The position numbers and the translations under genes were made by a program. Positions 1 to 12,500 of a DNA stretch of 64,000 nucleotides are shown here, one piece after another. Source of the DNA: Zygnema circumcarinatum SAG 698-1b (Eukaryota; Plantae; Zygnematophyceae). The notes under the pieces are model-generated. The model had not been told where the DNA came from. It ran no database searches and saw only the letters and a program-made list of their open reading frames with translations. The stretch is from positions 1,392,525 to 1,456,524 of the forward strand of contig CM074816.1 of assembly GCA_037447605.1 (NCBI GenBank), written 5' to 3'. Numbering within the stretch: the stretch's first letter is position 1; each line of letters opens with the position of its first letter.

Positions 1-457
1 AGAGAGAGAGAGCCCCCCACAATTTCCTTCAGCTTGTTGGTTGAGTGTTTCAGAAAGTGTTTGCAAGCTTTTAGCAAGTTAAGGGGTAGAGATTGACACT
101 GGGAACAAACAGAGGTGGCGGCAGTTGAATTTTTTTCTCTTCTTCGTTGGAGATGAGAACAGAAAAGTGGGAATGAATGCATGGTTTAAGGAGTATTGGA
201 AGGGTGGTAGTGTATGTATAGAATGATTGTCAATGAGCATACATGCCAGTGGCTTTTCCTATGCTGGATTAGCTATTGATGTAAGTACCTATCTATGTAT
301 GACCGTACCTGAGCACCACTCCCGGAAACCGCTGCTGCACTCTCATTTCCTGCTCTTTTCATCACCCCAAAATAGAAAGGCAGGTCAGAAGCAGGTGAAC
401 CACCGTAGCTTCGAAGCCATTCATAGCTTCTAAATCTTGGCCTTCTATTGTTCGAAC

Positions 458-1743
458 CTTGATGCAGCCGAAGCGAGCGAGTTTCCGGCCTGTGCATCGC
501 TTTGCATCGCACTGCCCAAAATCCTGCAAAGGCATCATGATCTCCTGTTATACATTTTCATAGAAAAAATAAGAACTCTCCCCCGATAACGACATGAAAC
601 ATGGGAAGGAAAGAAACCCGCCAGAACTTAAGCAGCGCGAGTTGAATCCATCAGCAAAACGTCAATGCGTTCTATTTATTAACCACAATATTAGCATTTC
701 CTCAACAATTTTAACACATAAAAGAAATGAGAAGCTTACCCACATGGCTAGACGAACGGTCGGCTTGGGAGCAGCCTCATCCTCGCCACCTGCGACCATC
801 GATTTGACTTTGGGTTCATAAAGTAAGCATTGACAAACGCAGAAAGGCATACATCGACAAATAAATTAAAGGAATAAACACATTGTTGATGAGCAACTCA
901 TTAAATTTTCAGAGACTGAAAGGTTCAGTTTCAGTCTGAACACGTGTTTAGTTCATTCAGAAGTAAACCCATGTTCTGAAAGAACTACAGTCACAAATAC
1001 CACCTCCTAAGATAATTCTGGAAATCGCTTCCTAATCGAAACATAGGCTAGTTAGCAATTTATTTTAAGTTTTCAGAGCTCTCGCTAGTACTGCAGCATG
1101 TATGCTGCCAGCTGTCCTGCTGCATGGTCGATGCAGAATCTTCATGAAAAGAAAAAGGATTTCCTTGTTCCAATTTCCTCTTGTTCTCCGACAAACTTCC
1201 TCCATCTCTCACCTGCGGCGTGTTCCGCTACTTGCGAGGCACTCTCCACGCTCCCCTCCTCCCTGCACAGAAATAAATGCTCATGCATGCATGTATGTAT
1301 GTCATGCCCACTCCGTACGCCACATCTCCCGCTCTCCCCCACTCTCTCTTCTCCTATGTCCCTCCCTATCCCGCTCTCTCCCTCTCTCCCTCTCTCTCCT
1401 CCTCTCTCCCTCCCTCTCCCGCCCTCTCCCTCTCTCCCGCTCTCTCCTCCTCTCCCCCCCTCGCCCGCTCTCTTCCTCTCTCCCGCTCTCCCCCACTCTC
1501 TCTCCTCTCTCCCTCCCTCTCCCGCTCTCTCCCCCTCTCCCCTCTCCCCCACTCTCTCTCCTCCTCTCCCTCCCTCTCCCGCTCTCTCCCTCTCTCCCTC
1601 TCTCCCGCACTCTCCCACTCTCTCCCGCCCTCCCTCTCCCGCATTTTTAGGGTTGCGGCGCACCACCGCGAGCGCTCCCTTGCAACGGCCCACGGCGCGC
1701 TTCGGTGCGCCTTCCGCCCCCTGCCGCCCCGCCCGCCCGCCAT
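458..1743 (-). CDS. TSR3: TSR3, 18S rRNA aminocarboxypropyltransferase; 5' part only, gene presumably continues past the left edge
   Basis: Phase-consistent GT-AG exons 1743-1667, 1262-1213, 789-740, 523-458 translate to MAGGRGGRGRK...PTVRLAMW|DFGQCDAKRCTGRKLARFGCIK, the characteristic Tsr3 N-terminal motif (LAMWDFxxCDxKRCxGxKL). The first donor could be 3 nt further along. No further exon was recognised in 1-457. Confidence 0.9.
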
Positions 1744-2489
1744 GCCACGTGGCGCCTCGCCCGGACGACACCTGGCAACGCACCTTTCCCTCCCCCCACC
1801 CTCGCGAGGGCCGCGCTCGACCGCCCCCGCGCGTGCTGTATCGTATCATATCGTACGGTATCGTATCGTACTATGTGAAGATATATCGTATCGCATTATA
1901 TTGAAAAGCAGCTTCGGCACGTGCGTCCATCCAAAAGCATACAGTACGGCCAGTTTCTCGTGGTTCCCCATGGTGCTGGAGGACCTAGGACCTAAACCCA
2001 ACTGAGGGCCTCGCCATCGTGAGATCAATGCCACTTTCTTTGATACAGTGCGGTATACGGTAGTATAATATAGACAAGTTGACTGGGATATGTGGCATGT
2101 GGAGTGAAGTAGCAAATTTCTAGGAAGCGAACTTTTTTTGGTGCAAAGGTCTGTCAGACAGTCTCTTGCATCAAGGCCATGCAATCCGAAACAACAAGAC
2201 CATTATTTGAAAACGAGATTCGAACAATTTGACTATCCATAAAGTTTACATTCTTCCTACACTCCTGCTCCAACTCCCCCCACCCTTTCGTTCTCCACAT
2301 ACCTCCTAACAGCAGCTGTCCTCTACAAGAGCTTATTCCCTCCAAGTTTCAATACGAAACTCAAAGGGAAAAATTGAAATCTATGAAACAAAAAATAGCG
2401 ATCCTTGAGATAACATACAATTTACCTCCCGTTCCCCCNNNNNNNNNNCTCCCTCTTCCTCTCCCTCTCCCTCTCCCTCTCCCTCCCTC

Positions 2490-5400
2490 TCAAGGCAATG
2501 CTGGAGCAAACCCCCGCCCACTCCCACTCCCGAACCAAAGTCCCAATCTCCTCTCCAGCGAAGCTAAAGCAGCCATTGCTTGGAATGTCCACAGCCTCAA
2601 TTCCACTCCCCACACTTGCAGGGCGGCTTGAAGCCTTCTCCATAGACCCCTCCTCTCTGCTCGCTCCATGTCCGCCAACGCTCTCGTGCACTCCCTCGCA
2701 ACAATCACAAATGTGTTTATTGGAGCGCCCTACACACCAACGCATACAACAACTGAGTTCGATAATAATAATAATGGTATACGAATTCAATCACTTATTG
2801 CTAAACAAGTCGAGGGACAAGAGGAATGGGTTTGTTGGGGAAATAGATATGATGATGGGCCAGCAGTCTCATCATTGGACTTGATAGAAACTTTTTTTTT
2901 TTTAGGGTATGAAAGTCGGTGAGATCTCCCACCAGTGCCTTGTCGACAGCTCGTAGGCAGTCGTTGGTTTTGAGCAATAGGAGGACGACACGTGGCAGCC
3001 TCCTCAGCAGCTCAGCCACCTCTACCACAAACTGAGCTGCGAACATCTGAGAGGCAAAAAGAAACAATATGAAAGAAAGAAACACTCCCAATGATAAGCC
3101 CTTCAGCAACCCTAAAAAACTCCCGAAATTCCTGAAACTCCCCCATACCACAACACCCCAAAAACGCAACCTTAAGCCTAACCTAACCATAAACCTCTGA
3201 GAGACAGAAAGAGAGAGTGAGAGAGGAGAGAGAGTGCGAGAGAGGCGGGGGGGGAGAGAGAACCCTAAACCTCTCCCTCCCTTCTGCCTACGCCCCCACC
3301 TGCAGTTGAGCCTTCTCCTCCTCCGTGTCCGGTACAAGGAGGTGGTCGGCCGACCTCTCTGATATGCGATTCCACGGTCTCATAGTTAACACCGCTGCGA
3401 ACAAAACATAGAGGTCCTCTCCCGCTCCCATCGCCACACTATACTTCTTTATTTTAGAGACATCTGCAAGGACTAACGCCTACCACAACAGAGGAGAAGA
3501 AAGAGAAAAAGAAGAGAAAAAGAGAGATTATCAGAGATTTGGGTGTATTGAATGTGGTGAGGTTCGAACTTCAGACTGGTGGAATTCACATGGAATAGGT
3601 GGGAGGGGGGTAGGGTTCAACGTTTTGAAGTAGAGAGGAACTCAAGTACAATAAAGTTCACTAACCCACTCTCATTGAGACAGAATACGTGCCCTTCAAA
3701 TGTTCAAAATGGTTGGGTTTACCGATAGAGTGGGAGAGTGAAAAGCAAAATTGACGAAATTAACGTAATTCAATAAAATAAAATATAGTACTTCAAAGCA
3801 AATTGAAGTAAATTCATGTGAAAGGAAATGTTAGAGCTTTGTTTCCAGCCCCCTTAAAAACCATGAAAACCCTAAACCCCCACCTTCCACAGCTCGGCAT
3901 AATTCCTACGAAGGGAGGGAGAGAGGGAGCGGTAGAGGCCGTGGTCGAGCAGCACAAGCTGCGCCTGCGGAGGGCGCCCTGCAGCCCTGCCAGACGTCAG
4001 CTCTCTCTGTCCCTCTCTCTCTCTCTGTCTCTCTCTCTCTCTCTCTGTCTCTCTGTCTCTCTCTCCCTCCCTCTCACACACACACACCTCGCTCGCTCTC
4101 GCCTCCCCTCTCTCTATGCCGTTGATGTCATTTTTCTCTCACACAGCTAACTCGTACTGCCCGTACTGCCAGTCGATCTCTCCTCTCTCTCTCCCTCTCT
4201 CTCGCACAGACACACCTCTTTCTCTCCATACAGAATTCTCTCCTCTCTCTCTCACATTTTTTATGAGTTCGCACCCAGAGTCTCATACACACCCTCCCTC
4301 CCTCCCTCCCTCCCTCCCCCTCTCTCTCCCCCCTTCCACCGCTTACCAAAGAGTCCCCTCCCTCCCTTGGGCGCCCTCCGGACTTTCATGTTGGCTGCAT
4401 GCGGATCGCAGTGCACAAAGCCGTGGCGGAATATCATTTCTGAAAAAGCCTCGCTCACCTGCTCTCTCCTCTCTCTCTCTCCTCTCCCCCCCACAAACAC
4501 AAACACAACCCTAAATGATTGAATCTGCTCTAGCACACTCACATCAAAAGGAAAAATAAAGAAATTAAAGAATAAATAAAAACAACTAAGCTGATTTTTT
4601 ACTCGAATACACAAATGTCAAATGAGAATCAGAGAGAGTTTTTCTTTGTATGAACCAGGACCACACAGAAGCTCCCTTTTTTTTTTTTTTTAATCTAGTG
4701 CTTGATATTCAAGCACTAGCTAGGCACTTGAAATTGCCTAGCTACATATCTCGATATATCGAACACCCCCCCCCCCCTGTCTGTCAATGCATTAAACCTC
4801 TCCATGAAAGAGAAAAATCACCATCGAAAAAATAAAAAAACAATTTACGGAAAGTCCTCCGTAACTTGGTAAGGGAATGTACCAGCTTTGCCACGTCAGC
4901 AGGTTTCAACCCTAATTCTTGAATGGCTGCCACGTCAGCCACTCCGACCCCATCCATAAATTCCATAGTGAGAATGCGCTTCCCGGTCAGCTCCCAGAAA
5001 ATTTTTGGAACCGCAATTCGGTCAGCCAGTTTGGCCGATTTTGAAAAGTTTTCGGCACATTTCACCGCATTTCGGCCCTCCAGGATGAAATTTAACTCCT
5101 GCCCGTCTCAAAAAACAAAGTGAAAAAAAAAAAGGGGGAGAAAACAAAGGCGGGTGGGGAGAATCGGAGAACTAAAGAGACATTAATTGGCAAACGGGAG
5201 AGTGACACGTGGCATATTGCGAGTTCACCTTGGGGAGGCTTTCCTCCACCTCGTCAATGAGCCACCTAAATTTAAAAAAAAAAAAAGAAAAAAAGAAAAA
5301 GGAAATGGGAACAATATGAGAAGAAAAATTGAAAGGTAAAACGTGTTCCAAAATCAGAGTGATGACTTAAACTTCCTCTGCTTGAGTTGATCCATCGCTT

Positions 5401-8400
5401 GTCGTTTTGCATTGAAGAAAAAAAAAATAAGCACCTGTAGTCGAAGGAGGGGAAGAAGTAGTGAACGGCGGAAACCACGAGTCGGACCGTTTCCATGTCG
5501 GCCTCCGCCGTTTCCGTCAGATGGCTGTGCTGCACCTGGGAAGGACAAAAAAAAGAAAAGAAAGAAATGAAAGAAATGGGGGGATAAATTGAATAGTTCA
5601 AGATGAAGCACAACAAGGCAAACCAAGATTTTAAGGATTAAAAAAAAGCAGGAGTGGGAGGGGAAGCAAACCTTCTTTTAGTTTAGAGCAGCAGCGTGAT
5701 TAAACGCACGTAGTGATTCCTTCTTTTTATTCATCTTTACATCTCCCTTCCTTTTCCTTAACTGAGTAACTACTACTTTCCACGAATCTTTATATCCCCC
5801 ATTTTGTCTCATTACTGATCTATTTATGTAAAAGGTGCTCACCTTGACACCACGTCCCCTCCACCCTCTTTACTCTCCCTTTCACTTCACCTCTCCCTTC
5901 ACCTCTCACCTCATCTCTAATCTCTCATCGCTAATCACATCTCTTCGCTCTCATCGCATCTCTCATCTTCTCCTATCTTCTCTTATCTTCCCCTATCTTC
6001 TCTTATCTTCCCCTATCTTCTGTTATCTTCCCCTATCTTCTCTTATCTTCCCCTATCTTCTCTTATCTTCCCCTATCTTCTCTTATCTTCCCCTATCTTC
6101 TCTTATCTTCCCCTATCATCTCTTATCTTCTCCTATCATCTCTTATCTTCCCCTATCATCTCTTATCTTCCCCTATCTTCTCTTATCTTCCCCTATCTTC
6201 TCTTATCTTCCCCTATCTTCTCTTATCTTCCCCTATCATCTCTTATCTTCTCCTATCATCTCTTATCTTCCCCTATCATCTCTTATCTTCCCCTATCTTC
6301 TCTTATCTTCCCCTATCTTCTCTTATCTTCCCCTATCATCTCTTATCTTCTCCTATCATCTCTTATCTTCCCCTATCATCTCTTATCTTCCCCTATCTTC
6401 TCTTATCTTCCCCTATCTTCTCTTATCTTCCCCTATCTTCTCTTATCTTCCCCTATCTTCTCTTATCTTCCCCTATCATCTCTTATCTTCTCATATCTTC
6501 TCTTGCAAAGTTATCTTGTTATTGAGAAAGTGCGCACCTTGACAGCCACCTTCCTTCCGTCCCTCAGCGTCGCCGCGTGCACTTGCGCCAATGAGGCGCT
6601 CGCCAGAGGCGTGCGATCGAATTCGGCAAAAACCTGCAGGGGAAAAAAGATTCAAAAAAAAGGTATGAAGGAGAATGAAAAGGGAATGCATGGAAAAGGA
6701 ACAGTGATTAAATAGCGCAAGGAGAAAGTACTCTCTGATCAAAGCATCTCCAAACCAAGTCGGCTGCTCACAACGTATGTTTTACTGCTTCATGGAAACT
6801 TGACTCGTGATCACCTCCAAAGAGTCACCTTCTCAACATCTATTTAAGAGGGGAGAAAAGAAAAAAAATTCTCTCATTCGTAACTAGCTTCAAGCTTTTC
6901 ACTGCTTAACTCTACCATTTGTTACTGAGTACAAATTAGAGGAGGGGAGAGGGACGCACCGCCTCCGGCAGACTGCCCAGTTCCATGCGGAAGACGCTGC
7001 AGACCTGACTGTAACTGCTTTGGGGACACTTGTCCAACATGGAACAGCGGAAGGCCTGCACGTACTCCTCGGGGAGGAGGTGGTCCTGCAGGGAGGGAGA
7101 GAGGGAGGGAGAGGGGGATGCAGGGGCTGAGAGAGCGAGGGGAAGGGAGAGAGGGAGTTGCAGGGGTTTAGAGGGAGAGGGAGGGAGTTGTAGGGGTTTA
7201 GAGGGAGAGAGAGGGAGAGGGAGAGGGAGATGCAGGAACTGAGAGGGCGAGGGGGAGGGAGAGGGAGAGGGAGTTGTAGGGGTTTAGAGGGAGAGAGAGG
7301 GAGAGGGAGAGGGAGATGCAGGGCCTGAGAGGGAGAGTGGAGAGGACGGTCTCGGGGTTAGCGGAAGAGGGTGAGCGAGAGGGAGGTCTAGGGTTGTGGA
7401 GCAACATGTCTAAGGGTTTCAGAGCATTTATGATTTCAAAGCTTCCAGGAAATAGCCCTTGAGACCAGTTAGGGTTTCAGTGAGACGTCTGAAACTGTCT
7501 TGCTTGGATTTTAAAGAAAGAAACAAGCCTCTTACCAGCTGGCTTATATGCTGCCCAAGCTTGATGTAAATCCTGCCATGATCAAAAGCGAGCCAAGACA
7601 AGAAGTGCGAAAGAGAGAGAAGAAAGAGAGAGAGAGATGGAGGGAGAGTGGAAAAGGGAGCTCGTTAAGTGGAAGTTTTCGTTTTTGTGGATTTTAAAGA
7701 AAACATACCAAAAAAGGAAGGGGAAAACAGAAAACAAGTCAAATAAAGAGTGAAGGTGAAATTCTGACCCTCCATTTGTGAAGCAGAGACGCTGGAGCCG
7801 ATCTGCACATCTGACGTGGCATTCACGCAGCGCTTTTATCCTTTCTGGACTCCCCTTCTGCAGTCCCCACAAAGAGAATTGGTAATCTGCAAGAAAAGCG
7901 CGATAAGTAAAATATAATAAGCAAAAAGAACTGCAAAACATCTTAAAAATGTGCAAAAAAACGGCAAAGGAACCTTTTTGTTCAAAGTAGAAAAGTAGTG
8001 CGGGTTTGGCACCGCTCTGGTTTTAGGGTTTCGAGTGGCTTTAGGTCAATTTATTCTTTGAGACTAATCTGAGGCTCAATTTTGGGAATCTCCAGTTGAG
8101 ATCGAGTGGAGAAAAAGATGGAAGCCGAAATTTGGAATCCATGTCAGGTTTTTTTCTTTCAAAGATGCCTTAATGTAATTTCAAATCGGACCTCCATTTG
8201 AGTCAACCATGACCCAAACAGTATGAGTTTGAGTGTGGCGCTTGAAAGGTTTAGAGAAGAATGCATTCGATCAATTGACTGGATCGCTTCCACCAAAGTC
8301 TCTACACTTGTAGAACTAACATGTGAACCACGGACTCATAGAGAGAGAGAGAGGAAGAGCGAGAAGGAGGGGGGGGAGAGAGAGGGGAAGAGAGAGAGAG

Positions 8401-8987
8401 GGGACGAGAGAGAGAGTGAGAGAGCGAGAGAGAGGAAGAGCGAGAGGGGGGGAGAGAGAGAGACACAGGGGAAGAGAGAAATAGAGTGAGAGAGAGAGAG
8501 AGAGGACGAGAGAGAGAGAGAAAAAGAGAGGGGGCAGTGAGGGACGGAGGGGAGGGAGAGCCGCACCTGCCGCCATGGCCGCCGCTGTCAGCACATCTCT
8601 CGCCAGCCTCACCGGCACCGCCACTAGCAACGCCGCCCGCTTCTGTGGCTGCTCGCCAGCTGTCACCCACGCGGCGATGCCACCTGTCACCACCACCGCA
8701 GCCCCCACCGCCGCAGCCGCCACCCGCCCGCGCCCGCTCGGGCGAGCCTTGGAGAGGGGAGGGAGGGAGGCGGGCAGGGGAGTGAGTTTAGGGTTTAAGG
8801 TTTGGAAGGGAAGAGGAAGCTTTCCGGAGGCTTCTCGGAGGAAAAGGAGGCGGCTGCGGAGGAGCTCGGGGGCGCCATGGATGGCGTGTGAGGGGGAGGG
8901 TGTGGGGGGAGGAGAGGAAATGGGGAAGGGGCGGAGCCATGGCCGAAGGGGGAGCCTCCGGAAGGCAGAGGCAGTCATGGCCGCCAT
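2490..8987 (-). CDS. ADCK1: ABC1/UbiB-family atypical kinase (ADCK1-like), 13 exons, with an N-terminal organellar targeting-like leader
   Basis: Exons 8987-8567, 7886-7769, 7572-7536, 7085-6960, 6633-6538, 5535-5435, 5265-5229, 5098-4883, 4458-4347, 3978-3884, 3479-3300, 3046-2933, 2729-2490; all GT-AG and phase-consistent. Motifs: [81 protein letters not shown]. Exact orthologue subgroup is inferred. Confidence 0.93.
5975..6500. repeat. 10/20-bp minisatellite (TCTTATCTTC-CCCTATCTTC)n in an ABC1 kinase intron
   Basis: Directly visible tandem array of ~520 bp ending ~35 bp from the donor at 6537. Confidence 0.95.
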
Positions 8988-9546
8988 GGACGAAGCTATG
9001 GATGGATGCCATGGCTTTCATATGCCATGGATGCCGTACACCGTACAATCATCACCGTACTGTACAACATGTACAGTACAGTACGATTACAGTACAGTAC
9101 ATACTGTACGAATGAATAGTACGAAATGGTACAGTACAGAAACGTACGAACCCGTACAATAGGCAATGCTTCTGAACCCTGGCCCCTTTGTTTCCCCCAA
9201 CGGTCAAAAAAAGTGTGTTCAGGGTTCAGGGCTCAGTGCAGGAGTCCGTTTTTGCGTAGGCGCAGGATGCAGGGTTAAGGGCGGGGCTTAGGGCGGCATC
9301 AGGGCCTAGCGCGAGAATTAGGGTTAGGGTTCAGGGCCGAGCGCGAGAATTAGGGTTAGGTTTCAGGGCCGAGCGCAAAAATTAGGGTTAGGGTCCAGGG
9401 CCGAGCACGAGAATTAGGGTTAGGGTTCAGGGCCGAGCGCGAGAATTAGGGCTAGGATTCAGGGCCGAGCGCGAGAATTAGGGTTAGGGTTCAGGGCCGA
9501 GCGCGAGAATCAGGGTTAGGGTTCAGGGCTGAGCGAGGGCGGCGCG
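8988..9546. promoter_or_regulatory. Putative bidirectional promoter between the ABC1 kinase and NAT10
   Basis: Divergent start codons only 559 bp apart. Contains a GTAC-rich tract (9035-9160) and the 32-bp array. Confidence 0.7.
9300..9536 (+). repeat. 32-bp tandem array (7 units plus a partial) containing (TTAGGG)2
   Basis: Unit CAGGGCCGAGCGCGAGAATTAGGGTTAGGGTT from 9300 to 9523; partial eighth unit ends ~10 bp before the NAT10 ATG. Confidence 0.95.
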
Positions 9547-12500
9547 ATGAGGAAGAAGGTGGACGCGCGCATCCGCACGCTCGTGGAGAGCGGCGTGAAG
9601 GCGGGCCACCGCTCGCTCTTCGTCATCGTCGGGGACAAGGGCCGTGACCAGGTGAGATTAGGGTATAAAGGTTTAAGCATCAGGGTTCAGGGTTTAGGGG
9701 TTAGGGATTAGGGATTGGGGTTTAAGGGGGTTCAGGGTTTTGGATTCAGTGCTTAGGATTCAGGGTTTCGAGTAGTGGGCTGAGGGTTCGAGCTTCAGGG
9801 TTCAAGAGCTAGTGTTCAGGGTGTAGGGTTTAGGCTTAGGGTTTAAGGTCAAGGTCCAGAAGCTTTGTTTTTCCAAATTCAAAACTTGAATGCTAAAATT
9901 CTGTGTAAATTCCTGGACGTGCGACTATATCAGCACATGCAGACGTGCACCCATGTAATCATGCAAGCATGTACCCATAGACCCATAGACCCACGTGCGC
10001 CTACACCCATGCACCCAATGCACCCACGCACCCATCCACCCATGCACCCATGTACACATGCACCCATGCACCCATGTACACATGCACCCATGCACCCATG
10101 CACCCATGTACCCATGTACCCATGCACCCATGCACCCATGTACCCATGTACCCATGCACCAATGCACCCATGCACCCATGCAGGTGGTGAATCTGCACTA
10201 CATGCTCTCCAAGGCAGTGGTGAAGGCGCGGCCCTCCGTACTCTGGTGCTACTCGCAGGACCTCTACCTCAGCAGGTGCCCCCCCTCCGCCTGTTCTTAA
10301 CCCCTCAACTTCGTTAGGACAGGAGACTCTCCCACTATCTCACAAACTAATAGTACTCAAGCCTAGCTTGAATGCAAATACCTGTAATGAAAACCATGTT
10401 CGCATTTTTGCAAAATTTGGGTACAAATCCTCATTTCGTTAGTCACGACCAATCGTCGAATTGCTATGGTTTATTCCCAATTCGTTTTTTTGGACAGTCA
10501 TCGCAAGAAGCGCATGAAGCAAATGAAGAAGATGATGCAGAGGGGTCTGTTGGACCCCGAGCAGGACGACCCCTTCTCCCTCTTCATGGCCTCGACCAAC
10601 ATCCGCTACTGCTACTACAAGGACACGCACAAGATTCTCGGAAACACTTTTGGAATGTGCGTCTTGCAGGTAGACTTGTAGGTGCTCTCGTCGCTTGCTT
10701 TTGGACGTTTCGTCTCAAATATGTAAAAAAAAAAAAAAAGGGGGTGGTGGGTATAGATCCGTATGTATCAAACGCGTGTATTAATACACTGTATAATACA
10801 TGCGTATTATACAACATTTTAAAAATACAGTGTATTTTTAATGTATTTAACGTATTTTTTTTATTTTCGTGGTTAGTTGAACAAAATCTGATTATAATAT
10901 TGAAATTCCAGCACTTGCCAAGTCACGTCACTTGCCAAACACTCAACACGTGTGACTTGGTCCGTACATGTTCGTACACCTCTTTCGTACATAATTTTCG
11001 TACGGATCTATGTTCCGATCGTACGGCTGTTAACAGTTGCGTTAAGGTATTATACAGTGTATAATACAGTATTAATACTGTATTATACATTGTATCGAAC
11101 CTCAAACTGTATAATACGGATCTATAGTGGTGGGGGTCTTTTCACTTCTGAAAAAACGACGAGAAATGTGAAAAAATTGGCAGAGAGTCTTTTCACCTCT
11201 GAAGTGTAAAAGGTTTGGATGTTGGAGAGTGCGTTTTCCTAATTTGAATTTAGGAGCTTCTAAGTTCATTTTTTTGGGGTTTCGTGTAGTCTAGAGATAG
11301 CATCTCTTGTATGAAAGGTTGCCAAAGTTTAAGCTCAGCACTCTGTTTCCCTTTTCCTTCGTTTCAGGACTTTGAAGCTCTCACTCCCAACCTCCTCGCT
11401 CGCACCATTGAGACGGTGGAAGGAGGAGGCATCATTGTGCTGCTTCTCAGCTCTCTCACCTCACTCACTCGCCTCTACTCCATGACTATGGTTCGCCCCA
11501 CTCGCCTCTTTTCACACTCTTCTCCCACTCTAATTGTCAATGTGTGGCCTTAGAATCTATCATTTGAACCATCAACTATCATTTCATCCTCCTCCNNNNN
11601 NNNNNCCTCCTCCTCCTTCCCCCCCCTCCTCCTCCTCCTCCTCCTCCCCCTCCCCCCCCCTCCATCGTCATCCATCCCCACCAGCGCAGCCATCCATCCC
11701 ATCCTCAGCGTGCGCCACCGCTGCTGCTGCTCCTGCATCCCTCTCGTTGACTTTCGTTGATCAACCTTGACCTCCCTTGACTCCTTTCCTTGACCTTGAC
11801 CTTGACCGCGGTTGACCTTTGGCAGGACGTGCACTCGCGGTTCCGTACAGAGTCCCACGGCGAGGTGGTGGGGCGGTTCAACGAGCGGTTCATCCTCTCC
11901 CTCGCGACCTGCCGCACGTGCGCCGCGGTGGACGACGAGCTCAACATTCTGCCCCTCTCCTCGCACATCCGCGAACTGCACCCCTCCGCGGCCCGCAAAG
12001 AGGTAACTACACTCAAAATGTCAACATTCGGAGAAACCCACAAAATGCAAATTCCCGCAAAGTAAAGGTTGAGGAACTGAAAATGTGTTCGTCGAAGGAT
12101 TCTGAACCCCCGCCCCCCGCGAGAGGCGAATTATGGGAACATGTTTTTTTGTTCGTTTTTTGGAATTTTTGATGGGAGTGATGCAGGGGGAGGAGGGGCT
12201 TTCTGAGGCGGAGAGAGATTTGAAGGAGCTGAAAGATTCTCTGAGGGACACTCAGCCAATGGGAGCACTTGTAGCGCAGTGCAAGACCCTTGATCAGGTG
12301 AAGACTTCTATATTTTCTTGTTTTTTTCTTTTAATGTTTGAAACTCAAGCACAATCTGATCATCAAATGTGTTGTTTTACCATGTCCTCTTGTGCCCAAT
12401 TCACCATCCTTGCTCTAATATTTGATTCCTCTATATGTATATGTACAGGCAGGAGGGGAGAGAGAAAGAGAGAGAGAGAGAGGAAGAGAGAGGGAGTGAG

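Noticed and set aside
5835-6542. 235-aa hydrophobic ORF ([11 protein letters not shown] repeats)
   Set aside because: Translation of a 10/20-bp minisatellite on the antisense strand of an ABC1 kinase intron.
9300-9536. CRISPR-like array of 32-bp repeats
   Set aside because: Units are contiguous with no unique spacers, there are no cas genes, and the context is eukaryotic.
9865-10200. His/Cys-rich (MHPCTHAP)n and reverse-strand (WVHGCMG)n ORFs
   Set aside because: Arise from an 8-bp intronic repeat; only 10184-10275 is a true NAT10 exon.
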